Below, piece after piece: positions 37,853 to 50,379 of a DNA stretch of 64,000 bases. The notes under the pieces were generated by a model that saw nothing but the letters and a program-made list of their open reading frames with translations, ran no database searches and was not told where the DNA came from. Each line of letters starts with the position of its first letter. Positions within the stretch are counted from its first letter, which is position 1. Made by a program: the position numbers and the translations under genes. Where the stretch lies: NCBI RefSeq assembly GCF_036321535.1, contig NC_087462.1, positions 15,562,001 to 15,626,000 of the forward strand, in the 5' to 3' direction. This DNA comes from Camelus dromedarius (lineage: Eukaryota).

Positions 37853-39998
37853 CTTCCAGCCATGATGGACTATTACTGGACTAGCCCTCATGCCAACTAT
37901 AAAAATGAAAAAAAAAATTTATATAGCAAGTGTTTTCAAATTTAAACAGCAGGAACACAGGATTGTAATCCCTCAGAGCAGAGCAAAATGAGGTGAGCCC
38001 TGAGTGGTCCCAGATTTCTGCCTGGGGTCAGTTTCCACAGTGCAGCATAAGCAGATAAAGTCCATGACAGTCCTCACTGAGCTGAGGAGGTAGAGATGAG
38101 TTCAAGACTGCTGAAATAATTGGAAATTATGGAACAGTATAAGAGAGACTGAAACTGTGCAGAGAACGAGCCCCAAATATCTGCATTTGTACTTCTTAGT
38201 GTCTTTGCCCAAATATTAAATGATACATCCTCAGGCAAGACACCAAGAGGTTGGTCAGATAAGGAAGACTGAAGAGTTTTGAGCCGAACAAATATTCCAG
38301 GAACTGCACAGTGCTTGGGCACTTTGGATGGCTAATGAAATGGTTTGGGGCTCCTAACCAAAAGGAGGAGATTTTGCTCGTTACCCTGTTCAGTCAAACC
38401 AGGTCATTCACCTGGTCACCCAGCATGCTCAAATGGACATGCCTTAGTTGCGGTGCAACTCTAGATAATATAAAACTGAGCCTCAGCAGAATCAGGCACA
38501 GTCATCAGTAAATTAGCTGGCTATCTGAATAAGGCTCAAAACTATTTAAAGAAATACTACTCAATCCAGACTCTTAATAATATAGCATCCAACCATCTAG
38601 CAGTTCATAAAAAATTACCAAACATACAAAAAGGCAAGACTATGTGACCCATAAGAGAGAAGTGGGGGCAGGGGAGAAACAGGAGAGAAAATTCAGAATG
38701 GTAAAACAGTCTGTGGAAGTAGGCCCAGTGATAACAGATGTTTGAACTGCAAGACAGGAACTTCAAATGGTCTTTATAAATATGTTCAAGAATTTAAAGA
38801 AAAAAAAATGATGGGTACAATGGGGTATAACAACTGAATGGATGAGGAGGGGGAGGGAATATAGCTCAGGGGCAGAGTGCATACCTAACATTCATGTGGT
38901 CTTGGGTTCAATCCCCAGTACCTCAATTAAAAAACTTAATAAATAAATAAATAAACCTAATTACCCCCCAAAAAAAGTATAAAAAATTTTAAAAAGACAA
39001 ATGAGCAGATGAGGAGCCTTAGTGTATAAAAAGACAGGACAATAGAAACTAGCTGGAAGTACAGAAAGAGAAAAGGTTGGGGAAAGAAAGATGAACAGTT
39101 ATCTTCAATATGGTGTGATAAAATGTCAAGCAACATTCCTGAATTAAAGGAGAGAGAAACTTAGGGACACACATTAAAAAAAAAAAAAAAGAAGAAGAAG
39201 AAGAAGAAAGAAAGAAAAGAAAAAGAAATATTGGTTGAAATATTTCCTAAATCTTAAGAAAAACATCAATGTAAGATGCCAGAAGTTCAAAAAAAATTCC
39301 AAAAAGAGTTAAGTGGAAAGAAAACCACCCATGTCAACCATAATCAAATTTTTGAAAAACAGTGATAAAGAAAAAGAAATAGTAAAAGTATCCAGACTGG
39401 AGGTGGGGTGACTTCAGTACATACAGGGGGAAGTATCAGCTGGAAGATGATGGAATGACTTTAAGTGCTGTCAACCTTGAATTCTATGCCCAACAACAAT
39501 ATCCTTCAAAAATGAGGGCAAGTTTAAGACATTTTCAAATAAGTAAAAACTAAGATTGTTTATCACCCCAGAAGTGTCCCACATGAAATGTTAAAAGTTC
39601 TTTCGGCTGAAGGGAAAAGATTTACCCCTAGGAATGAAGAGCTGTGAAATTATAAATATGTGGATGCATGCAAGATTTTTTAACCCCTCATTTTTGTACA
39701 TACATGAGTGATAAGTGGTTGTCTTCAAAACGTAAATAACAGCAGTGTGTTCTGTGGTTTATAATCATGTATCAATAAAATGTACTACAATAAAGTTAAA
39801 AACATGGGAGGGTGTAAATGGAATTACACGATTGTGAGGCGTTTACATTACTCATACAAGTGCTGTATTATACAGATGGCATTATATTAATATACGGTAA
39901 ACTGTGATAAGTTAAGGATGAGCACTGTAGTCCCTAGAGCAACTACTAAAAAGAAAATCATGGGGTGTAGCTAAAAAGCCAATAGACAAGATAAAAAT
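37853..39998 (+). mobile_element. Old L1M (MC/MD-type) 5' UTR, ORF1 and spacer remnant
   Basis: acttccagccatgatgga...aaatgaggtgagccct...taaatatgttcaagaatttaaag...gtagtccctagagcaactactaaaaa. Confidence 0.8.
38849..38995 (+). mobile_element. tRNA-Ala-derived camelid SINE inserted in L1M
   Basis: ggggagggaatatagctcagg...gggttcaatccccagtacctc, (AAAT)n and cctaattacccccc tail; degenerate TSD of about 20 bp. Confidence 0.9.
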
Positions 39999-42680
39999 CC
40001 TCTCTAGGGGAACATTAAATATAGCAACAGCAACGTAGATATCTCAGACTGCATTCTTGGTTTATATATAAATTTGTTGTTGTTTTTTATTTTAGAGCCA
40101 GGGAGTGGTTGAGGTTAGGGGAGTTTTGGTTGTTTTGTTATTTAACCTTATTCTCTTTTTATTTTCTGTGAAATGCATTTTATAGAGCTCACCTAATCGT
40201 AATCCTGGAACCTACCCTTAGTAATGAACCAATCATCCATCAATCAAGTTGAGTATAAAGGGAAAGTCTGAGGACAAATGGACACAATTTACAGAAAGAT
40301 ACAGGCTTCACATCTTAACCACCTATTCCGACTTTCAACAGCCCATTGTGCTGAATGCAACTTAATTGCTATTATTTTAATTTTGTTAGAACAAATAACA
40401 CTAACACATTTTCTTTCTTTAGATGATTAATGTGATCAGATGTCTCAAACATTTTGTTTGTTCGGTTGAAGGACTGGGATTGTTAATTTTTTGCCATTGC
40501 ATCAAACACACACAGTCACATGAGTCACCCATGTGTAATGTTTATTTTGTTGTGACTCCCCAGATGTGGAAATTGGCTATCTTTGCCGTTTAATCTCCTG
40601 AATAACATTTTCATTACGTGCTTTCTTTATCGCTACCATTCTTTTCTTTCCCACCCACCCCTTCCACAGGCTCTATTCATTATTATTATTTTATATTTGT
40701 TGGGCATAAAATCACTGTCAATTTGCTATATGTCTGTACACCTTTACTCTCAGTCTCTTTACTTATTTTACTGTGGATCAGGGCAAACATCTGTGGACTG
40801 GCACTAGCTCATGTATATACTTGGAGTAGAAATGGTGCAGGCTTCATCAGATGACAAGATACAGTGTTTCTAAAGAAAAAACTGATCAGCTGTAGGATAT
40901 TAACTTCTACTTGCTGTAGGTATTAACTCAGTGTGCCAGCATCATTTTTTTCCCCTAAATTTCAATACTGGCACAAATAGTCACTTTGGAGGCCCATGAT
41001 TAATAAAAATTAATTGATATATCAGCAGCAGCATATTCTTTAGTTTGAAACTACAAAGAAAGTGTAAAAAGGAGGATGGTTTACAGGTGTGAAAGTAAAC
41101 ATAAATGAAGAGTGTCATCCTGTAGAGTCCTGTAGGTCTGAATGACAAGCATTCCTCTTTTCCCTAGAGGATGACGCCTTTGAATACCATAGATTCGTAC
41201 AAGACCACACCACTATTTTCTCTGTAAATCAAGTTCATCTATCTTCTTAGCACCAGCATATAGTATCAGGGAATAGTGTTGAAATAATAGGAGCAGGAAC
41301 AATACAAAGGCCATTCCTGAGAGAAGACAGTGACCGAGAAGCCCATCTGTAGGGAAAGCTTGTACTGACACGAGGTTAAGCTCACATCCCTTGGTGTTAG
41401 TGGCTTGACAATTTTCACATTAAAAAGAAACTGGGGTCCAAAAGAGATTTCAGAGGTGATGGACTGGGACGAGAGAAGCTTCATGAGATGCTGTCCATTT
41501 CTGGAAAGAGAGCTTTTTGCAGAGTTGCACGGCCAGAGCCATCAAGGAAAGATTAACTAACATAACAGTGAAAACCTTAGAAAATTTCTAATTGCAGAAT
41601 CACTTGATTAGTGTAGGATGAATTACATAATTGCACAGTGAGACTTGACATTTCAAGACAGAGCACGCCATTCCAAAAAGGAAGTGGGGAGGGGGATGGA
41701 GATGGAGTTAACAGGGAGACATCACTTCCTGGCCAAATACTGCGTACCAGGGCAAGCTGCTAATAAACACGATCAGAGTTTTCATCCCAGTTTCTGACTC
41801 CCTCCTTTGCCAAGTGAACGCGTCACCAAGGCAAGATGTTTCTCCTCTTGGTCAATTTCAGAAACGTCAACTTTACTTTGGGTCTGGGGGAGGTCTGTGT
41901 TGTTACAGAAAGAGCAAATACCTATCTTTGTCTGTCTGTCTACCTATCTATTTATCTGTCATTAATATAGGTTTTCTTGCCACAGCTTAACTTCTTGGTT
42001 GTGTGGAATATAATTGATAAGGTACTTCACACACTTTAGAAAATAAGCTTATTTGTGTTCTTTCCTTTTTGTTTACCTTCTCTCTCTTCACTTTTTTTTT
42101 TCTGTCTTCCTAATGCCTCTTCTGACTCCAACTCCAACTTGCATACGTTAAAATGAGTCACAGTATGTGAATATTTGAGATCTTAGAGTCATGTTTGCCC
42201 ATATATAGGGTCTGATATTTTTAATATTTTTTCACCTTTTTACTCCATGAATATTTTTTTACCACATTATATAAAATGTTTTAATTATTTGACTTTCTTC
42301 CAACAAGATATTATGATTCTTAAAGATACAAATTATTAGTCCCCAAGAGAGAATTCAATAAAATTTACTACTTTTCCTTTCTTATTAATACCGAAACACA
42401 ACTCTTCTTAATTTATTCTTACTCCCAGTAGAAGAACCCTGAATGAGAATTTGCATCTATGATTGCTGACTTATCCTGTACAATATATTTTTCTCCTCCA
42501 TTTCTGTGTTTTATGGGATTCAGGTTTTTAGAGTTTTTCATAACCGTATTTTTATATCCAATAAATGATTAGTTGAGCAAAGCTCGTATTTTATCAGGAA
42601 CTCATAGTTATTGCCTTTTAAAAGAGAAATCTTTGGAGTCAACTTTAAGTCACTCATCTGGGAATCTCACCTGCTTTCAG

Positions 42681-42737
42681 GTATTTGTGGGCCGCGCATG
42701 CTCGAACATGCACATGTGCACCCCTCAAGCATCACAG
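42681..42737 (+). other. Candidate spliced exon (57 nt, frame-preserving), product unknown
   Basis: ctcacctgctttcag|G acceptor and CAG|gtatgt donor; all three frames open; retained CpGs. Confidence 0.3.
42694..42713. promoter_or_regulatory. Candidate p53/p63-family response element
   Basis: GCGCATGCTC+GAACATGCAC: two RRRCWWGYYY decamers, zero spacer, CATG cores, one mismatch each. Confidence 0.3.
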
Positions 42738-43539
42738 GTATGTCAGGATGCCTTTCCTTGCAGAAGAAAATATCAGCTCAGACTTCCTTAAACAATAAGG
42801 TGTTTATAGCCTGATTATATGGAAGGAGAGAGGCAGTGTTGTATACAGACATAGGTCCTCGGGCTTGAAACTCTCCTTCTGTGTTACTTCTTGGCTTTAT
42901 CTCCTTGTGATGACATCATGCTTAAGTCATTAGTTGGATGACTACCTCCATAGTACTAATCACATTCAGGGGTGAGAATGTCCAGAGGGGGAAAAAAGTG
43001 GTCCTTTCTTCTTGTTTTCATTTCTTAGTCGCAGGAAGCCTTTTCTAGGATCTCATTTCTATGCCCACCCGGATGACTACACTTCATGCTTCACTGGCCA
43101 AAGTTAGTTCCCCTGCACATTCCTCAGTACCACAAGGGATGAGATTATGAGATTTGACCCAGACAAGTTAGGAATCATCCCAGGCCAAGAATAGGATCAC
43201 CATCCCCTGAATTACCTGTAGGAATAAATATTTTAACAAATTCAAGGTTTGGCTAAGATTAGGGCAGAGGAAAGGAATACATTGTAGTTAGATAACTGAA
43301 AGTACTCTACAAACAAGGTAAGAAAAATTAATAAGAAGTGAATTTCATTCCATACTACAAATCAGTGATGAACTCTGGCCCAAAATGTTCCAAATGAAAG
43401 TCAATCAAGGGTTTTTAGTGGGAAACATTTAGATGTATAAATTCTCTACCTAAGCCTATTATGGACAAAATATCAGACAATACAGGAAGATAAAGAGAAG
43501 GGAAAAGTCATATTTACATCACACGAGCTCTAAATACAT

Positions 43540-43640
43540 CCAGGCTTGAAGCCAGCTTTACATCTGGACTTCTGGATATTAGAAACAATAAATTATCTTT
43601 TGTTCGTCCCTGTTTGAATTGGATTTCTGTCATCTGTAGC
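43540..43640 (+). mobile_element. Old MLT1 LTR 3' fragment
   Basis: ctggacttctggatattagaaacaataaatt...tttgaattggatttctgtcatctgtag. Confidence 0.65.
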
Positions 43641-43664
43641 CCCTTCCCACCCAAATGATTTCTA

Positions 43665-43865
43665 NNNNNNNNNNNNNNNNNNNNNNNNNNNNNNNNNNNN
43701 NNNNNNNNNNNNNNNNNNNNNNNNNNNNNNNNNNNNNNNNNNNNNNNNNNNNNNNNNNNNNNNNNNNNNNNNNNNNNNNNNNNNNNNNNNNNNNNNNNNN
43801 NNNNNNNNNNNNNNNNNNNNNNNNNNNNNNNNNNNNNNNNNNNNNNNNNNNNNNNNNNNNNNNNN
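43665..43865. other. N block (201 nt), right flank unique
   Basis: Run of N. Confidence 0.95.
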
Positions 43866-44229
43866 CTGAGTCTTTGCACCTTGAAATCTTCATGTGGGAA
43901 CTGTATCATGGCAAAGTTGAAGCTTCTGCTATAACATTGAGAGCCTAGTTGTAATTTTCTAGAACTAGAGGAGACACAAGGCCTCTCTGTACTATTGTGT
44001 GAGAGAGCAACTGGGAAAATTCCAGTTTAGAATCGAAACTCAGATGGGGATAAATGATGATGGTGGACCCAAGACAGAAAGCCAAAAAAGATGAGTCCTG
44101 ACAGGGAAAAAAAAAGTTTTTTTTTTAAAATTTCATTTTAAAGGACACATTGAGAATAAACCAAAAGAAGACAAGGCCTGGAAGAATTCTAAGCCAGAAT
44201 TCTCCGGCTGACTTGTTAGGAAGTTGGAG

Positions 44230-44440
44230 AGTGACAGCTTTGAATGCAGACATGATAGAAACATTTAAAGCATCCTGGACTAATTGGACAATGGAGAGTT
44301 GCCAACATGATCCAAGTTGGGTTTAAGAAAAATCACTCTACAAAGTTGCTTAAGATTAATTACAGTAGGAAGAGACTAGAGGTAGGGAAACAAATGAGGA
44401 CAACATGCATTCTTCTAGCTAAGAATAATAAAGGCTGACC
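44230..44440 (-). mobile_element. L2 internal fragment
   Basis: caatggagagttg...gttgggtttaagaaaaatcactct...gagactagaggtagggaaac. Confidence 0.55.
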
Positions 44441-45323
44441 TACATACCAAGAAAAAGAAGGAGAAAATGTTACAAGGGTAAAATTTATTGAATTTGTTGT
44501 AATAGGAAAAACATTACAGTCATTGCCAGATGATTTGTGTTTTTACTTCTGGTTCTAACCAAAGTTGTACGATCATGATCAGATGTATAAGAACAAGAAA
44601 TAGTTTGGAAGTAGCCACTAAGCTACCAAATTTATGAATTCATACACTGTGTTTTTATCTGCTTATTATGGTCTTCCAGTTAAAGAGCAATTGTTATATT
44701 TCTTGCAGGGTACTAAGAGTGAATGTTGCCGAAATAAAATTACTCAAAAGAAAAATATGTCCCTAGATGAGTGCATTGGTACTACTATGTTAATTTACAT
44801 CAGTCATATCTACAATCAGACGCATGGCGCAGAAGCCAAATATAATGTGACTCTGTGGAGGCTGTTATTTTTTAAAAAATATTTTTTGTTTTCTTTTTTG
44901 TTCACATGTTAAAGTCAATAAACTGACAAAAAGCAATCTTGCCAAAATTAATTTAATAAAAATATGAGAATGTTCCTCTTCTTGGCTTCTCATAAACTAA
45001 AAGCTGCCATCTGCTCTCTAGAAACTTACATATAATCCTATCAGATAGGTGATAGGAAATCAGGAGGGTTCTCCCATACAAACTGGAAAGCCATAGAATA
45101 CAGTGAAGAGATAGGGCAATAATTAAAACTTATGAAAAAACAAACAAAAATCTAAGCCAAGAGTGAAAGCACCTCATTGATACACTGCCCATTAAATGAA
45201 GACCATTTGTGTAAAGTAATTTTACCTATTTAAATTAACTTATTAATGTATCACTATTGTCTTATTTAAAATAGTCATGTTTATTCCAGTGAAGTTGCTG
45301 TTCTTCACATATATCAGAAATTC

Positions 45324-46509
45324 TTTTTTTGTGTATATGTATTTTTTATTGAAGTCAGTTTACAATGTTGTGTCCATTTCTGGTATACAGCATAATGCTT
45401 TAGTCATACATGAACATACATATAATCATTTTCATATTCTTTTTCACCATAGGTTACTACAAGATAGTGACTATAGTTCCCTGTGCTATACAATATGAAC
45501 TTCTTATTTATCTACTTTATATATATTATTTAGTATCTTCAAATATCAAACTCCCAATTTATCCCTTCCCACCCTCTTCCCTCTCTGGTAAACATAAGAT
45601 TGTTTTCTATGTCTGTGAATCTGTTCTGTTTTATAAATAAGTTCATTTGTCTTTTTTCTTTTTGAGATTCCACACAGAAGNNNNNNNNNNNNNNNNNNNN
45701 NNNNNNNNNNNNNNNNNNNNNNNNNNNNNNNNNNNNNNNNNNNNNNNNNNNNNNNNNNNNNNNNNNNNNNNNNNNNNNNNNNNNNNNNNNNNNNNNNNNN
45801 NNNNNNNNNNNNNNNNNNNNNNNNNNNNNNNNNNNNNNNNNNNNNNNNNNNNNNNNNNNNNNNNNNNNNNNNNNNNNNNNNNNNNNNNNNNNNNNNNNTG
45901 AACATTGGGGTGCATGTATCTTTTTGAATTAAGGTTCCCTNNNNNNNNNNNNNNNNNNNNNNNNNNNNNNNNNNNNNNNNNNNNNNNNNNNNNNNNNNNN
46001 NNNNNNNNNNNNNNNNNNNNNNNNNNNNNNNNNNNNNNNNNNNNNNNNNNNNNNNNNNNNNNNNNNNNNNNNNNNNNNNNNNNNNNNNNNNNNNNNNNNN
46101 NNNNNNNNNNNNNNNNNNNNNNNNNNNNNNNNNNNNNNNNNNNNNNNNNNNNNNNNNNNNNNNNNNNNNNNNNNNNNNNNNNNNNNNNNNNNNNNNNNNN
46201 NNNNNNNNNNNNNNNNNNNNNNNNNNNNNNNNNNNNNNNNNNNNNNNNNNNNTGTTTAGGTCTTCTGCCCATTTTGGATTGGGTTGTTTGTTTTTTTGTT
46301 AAGTTGTATGAGCTGTTTATATATTCTGGAAATTAAGNNNNNNNNNNNNNNNNNNNNNNNNNNNNNNNNNNNNNNNNNNNNNNNNNNNNNNNNNNNNNNN
46401 NNNNNNNNNNNNNNNNNNNNNNNNNNNNNNNNNNNNNNNNNNNNNNNNNNNNNNNNNNNNNNNNNNNNNNNNNNNNNNNNNNNNNNNNAGACTGCCCTAG
46501 GAGAACATT
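45324..46509 (-). mobile_element. Young 5'-truncated L1 (3' UTR and ORF2 end), three internal N blocks
   Basis: ttttttattgaagtcagtttacaatgttgtg...atagttccctgtgctataca...gaacattggggtgcatgtatc...gtcttctgcccatt...agactgccctaggagaacatt. Confidence 0.93.
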
Positions 46510-46569
46510 ATTTTTAAATTTTTTCAAAGGCCTTTGTCATATCCTTCTGAACATCCACAAGAATGGTAA

Positions 46570-47180
46570 ATCAACTAAATATCTTATTTAAACAAAAGGG
46601 TTACCAGAAGGATAAAGCAAAGCCCAGCCATATGCTGTCTATAATATGTGCATTTTAAATATAAAGATATAGGTAGATTGAAAGTTTAATAATGGAAAAA
46701 TTATACTGTGCAAGCCATGAGCATAAGAAAGCTGGCACAGCTAAATTAATATCTAATAAAATAAATTTCAAAAATAGAATATCACAAGATACAAAAGGGG
46801 ATATTAACTAATGATAAAAGAAATGTTTCATCTGAAAGACATAACAATCTTCAATATATATGCATCTAATAAGTTAGTATTAAAATTCAAGAAAGAAAAC
46901 TGATAGAGCCAATAAAAGGAATAGGGAACTTTAGTCAGATTATAGCATACATTTCTCAGTAATTAATAATAAGCAGACCAAAATATCAGTGGAATATAGA
47001 TGTAAACAATACTGTCAATCAGCTGGACCTAATTGACATTTAATTTAACCCTCCCCCTCAAACCTATATTAACCTATATTAAGCCACAAAACCACAGAAT
47101 ATACTTTATTTTCAAAAGACTTCATATGGAGACTTCACAAAGATTGACAACATACTTGATTATAAAATAAGTCTCAGTAA
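46570..47180 (+). mobile_element. Old L1M ORF2 endonuclease-region remnant
   Basis: atatgctgtcta...tttaaatataaagatataggtag...aagaaagctgg...agacataacaatc...gacctaattgacatt. Confidence 0.8.
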
Positions 47181-47183
47181 ATA

Positions 47184-47351
47184 ATCCCATTTACCATCAC
47201 ATGAAAAAGAGTAAAATACCCAGGAATAACCCTACCTAAGGAGGCAAAAGACCTGTACTTGGAAAACTGTAAGACACTGATAGAAGAAATTGAAGACAAC
47301 ACAAACAGATGGAAAGACAGATTCTGTTCTTATATTGGAAGAATCAATATT
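47184..47351 (+). mobile_element. Isolated internal L1 ORF2 fragment (region downstream of the RT core)
   Basis: Translates without indels to IPFTIT*KRVKYPGITLPKEAKDLYLENCKTLIEEIEDNTNRWKDRFCSYIGRINI, matching ORF2p IPFTIASKRIKYLGI...WKxIPCSWxGRINI. Confidence 0.92.
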
Positions 47352-47818
47352 TTCTACAGTATTCTCAAAACACTTTCTTTCGGTCCTGTAACCTTAAAAT
47401 TCTCATTCTGCTCTCCATTGCATCATGGACATAGAGAATTAACGATGACAGACTTACTCGTTGACAAATGATGCGCATTCATGGACTGCAGACGTGTTTT
47501 CCTTTGCCATTCTAGTAATTAAAAAAAAAAAAAGAAATGGAATGTCTTTAGGGAGCATGGCATCTTCTGCTTGTTAGAGTCTTCACCACTTGTTCTTATC
47601 TTTCATCCAGTACTTCACATACTTTGGTTTACTGTCTGTATTTAAATTTAAATATGCTTCTTCTCTCACCACTATACTGAAACTGGTCCCTCAGCGATCA
47701 CTAATCAGCATCTAATTATCAACTAAAATAGGATTTGCCCAGTCTTTACACTCAAGGATATCTTGACGGCATTTAGGCTGTTGACCATTCCCATCCATCA
47801 TTTTGAAACAGTCTGGTC

Positions 47819-47821
<3 letters not shown>

Positions 47822-47872
<51 letters not shown>

Positions 47873-47901
47873 GTGTGTGTTGTGTGTATACATGTGTGTG
47901 T
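47822..47901 (+). repeat. (TG)19 with degenerate TG/TA extension
   Basis: Read directly. Confidence 0.95.
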
Positions 47902-47928
47902 CCCAATAGAATCTCTTGGTTTGCCTTC

Positions 47929-48378
47929 TGTACTACTTTTCTAGGACTGTTATAATAAAATACCAAAATTTAGGTAGCTAAAAACAACAGAAATTTGTTC
48001 TCACATTTCTGGAGGCTTAGAAGTAGAAATCAAGGTCCCGGCTGGACCATTCTCTCTCTGACAGTTCTAGGGGAGAATCCTTCCTTAGCTCTTCTAGTTT
48101 CTGATATTTGCTGGCAAGCTTTGGCATTTTTGGCCTATAGATGCTTCACATTCAGTTATGAGACGGTCTTTTTCCTGTGTCTTCTAATCGTCTTCCCTCT
48201 GTGTCTGTCTGTGTCCATACCTTACCTTTTTATAATGACATCATTCATATTAGATTAAGTCCCACCCTAATCTTAATCTGGTTAAATCTGTAAAGACCCA
48301 TTTCCAAATAAAGTTACATTCTGAGGTACTAGGAGTTAGGATTTTAATATCTTTTTATGGGGACACAATTCAACTCTG
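47929..48378 (-). mobile_element. MLT1B/C-like MaLR LTR
   Basis: ctaggactgttataataaaatacc...aacaacagaaatttgttctcaca.ttctggaggc...cacattctgaggtactagg-like...ggggacacaattcaac. Confidence 0.85.
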
Positions 48379-48782
48379 TCTCTCTCGATACTCCTTAGTT
48401 TCATTCTGTTTGCCATTTCTCCTCCAAGCCAGTGAAGCATCCTCAGAGGATTGGACCTTCGCTTTCTGTTCTGGTTTCCTATACTCTTCATCACAGCAAT
48501 AGTGTGATTTCAAATATGTCCCCTGCACTAACACATTTAAATCTCCATTCCCTGACCATGTTTTGAACTTTCATCTTACAGTTCAAGTTGCCTGCTAGAA
48601 CTCTCCATTGGATAACCCTGGGGGCATCAAAAGCCCAATGTATCCTAACCATAAATACACGCTTCCCTCCTATGAGTATTATCAATTTGAGATCTTACAG
48701 GTTAAATAGGAAGACCCCCCACCTCTTTTGACTCCACACCTAGAGAATTACTCAAGACTATTGATTTAACTTCTGCATAACT

Positions 48783-49010
48783 TAAGAGTTGCTTTGAGCT
48801 TAGGTTCAGGTGTCGTTATCTGGGTTCAAGTTCTGGCTCTGCCAATTGCAAGGTATGCTGTGGGTGTTTCATGTTCTCATGTGCAAAACAGGGTTAATGT
48901 TATACACCTGACCACGCTGCTTTGTGGAAACAAAAGAATGCAACCATGCTCTTATAATAAATAGGAAAAAGTGCCAGAATAATAAATGATTGCTGTGGCT
49001 GTAATAATTG
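48783..49010 (+). mobile_element. MIR
   Basis: ctgggttcaagttctggctctgcca...tctcatgtgcaaaacagggttaat. Confidence 0.6.
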
Positions 49011-50379
49011 TTAACAGTAATAATAATTACCATACGTCACTGTATCTCTATCCTCACTTCCTTTTCTCTGTTTTCAGACTTCATTGTTATTCGCTTGTAA
49101 TTTATAGCTAACTTGTCGCCTTCCATCCAATCTCTCCACATTCTAATCCAGTCTGCAGACATCTCCAGATTAATCATCCTGTACCATAGCTCTGCTCATT
49201 CCTCAGGGCACCATCCTTCACTGACTCCCATTGTCTACAAAATAAAAGTAAAACTTCTCAGATTGAAATAAAAGGCCCTCTGGTCCCAAACCTCCTTTCC
49301 AACCTTATTTTCCATAACTCAGCTTCATATATCAAATACTTCAACCAAACTGTGCTTTTTTGACATTCTTCATACGTGCTGCATGTTTTGGTACCTATGT
49401 TCTCTTGTTTATAAGGCTCTCTGCTTCAAACCCAATCTCATTCAAACCCTGACCAGGCTTACAGGCCCAGGTAGAATGCTGTCTGCTATTTAAAAAAAAG
49501 AAACAAACAAACAAACAAAACATCAAAACCCTTCCCAGCTAGAAGTGCCTCTCATTTATGCATTCACCTCTCAATATATCATTCAAGTAGGGACTTGGAA
49601 ACAGTGGTAAAGAAAATGAACATGGACCCTATCTTTATGAAGCTTATGATCAGAGACATACACTAAACACAGGTAGACATGAAAAAAATAATTTCAGTCT
49701 GTGACAACTGCTATGAGACACTGTTTATTATTTATTGTATTAATTCATGTATCTTATTTCCCTAAACTGGACTATAACTCACTTGAGGATGGGCACATAT
49801 ACTACTAGTATTTAGATTAAAGGAAACATTTTACCCCTCTTTGGCTGAAATCAAATGAGTGAAGGCAACATAGAAGTTTAGTATTAGAACCATGTTTTGG
49901 TCATTTCTACCTAAGGAAATATTTTGTTTTGTTCAGAATTTAAATCACTAAGTCATTATTGTCAGACTAACTTCTGGTGTATTTTCAGTGACTGCAAATA
50001 GAGATACAAAACAGAGTCACATTGGAACTTTATAATCAACAAAAGGATAATGCAGGCAAATTATTTATGAGCAGATACATTTGGTAGAGCAAACAGAGAA
50101 CAAAATTCCCAGATCAACTAATGAAACATATATTTTTAGTATTCTGGCACAATTCATGTAATCTAGGTCATGTTGTAGGGGAAGTTGCTATTTCAGGTGA
50201 TTGTATAAAGTTTCAAGATGTGACCAACTCATTCTAACAGTGATAATTATCCGGATAAGCTACCAAATCACAGAGTTTTAAAAGAGCATCTGAAAGCAGA
50301 GGACATAACAATGCTTAAATGACCTACTGTCTGAACAATACCAAGTCATTCCTAAGAGGGAAGGACTTACAACCAAAAG

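Larger units (their letters stand above)
47660..49490 (+). mobile_element. L2 remnant split by (TG)n, MLT1 and MIR insertions
   Basis: ctgttgaccatt, gttgcctgctagaactctccattgg, atctccagattaatcatcctg, actcccattgtctacaaaataaa landmarks. Confidence 0.6.

Noticed and set aside
40889-40929. Short local duplications (also 47061-47080 and 54412-54442)
   Set aside because: Two-copy slippage duplications of 10-25 bp are common; no array structure
45546-46527. Long ORFs spanning N blocks
   Set aside because: Artefacts of X runs inside an L1; all ORFs crossing N blocks are uninformative
37853-47180. One L1M split by 6.5 kb
   Set aside because: Fragments are roughly collinear, but the spacer holds an older L2 and unique DNA; independent insertions are simpler and I cannot test subfamily identity
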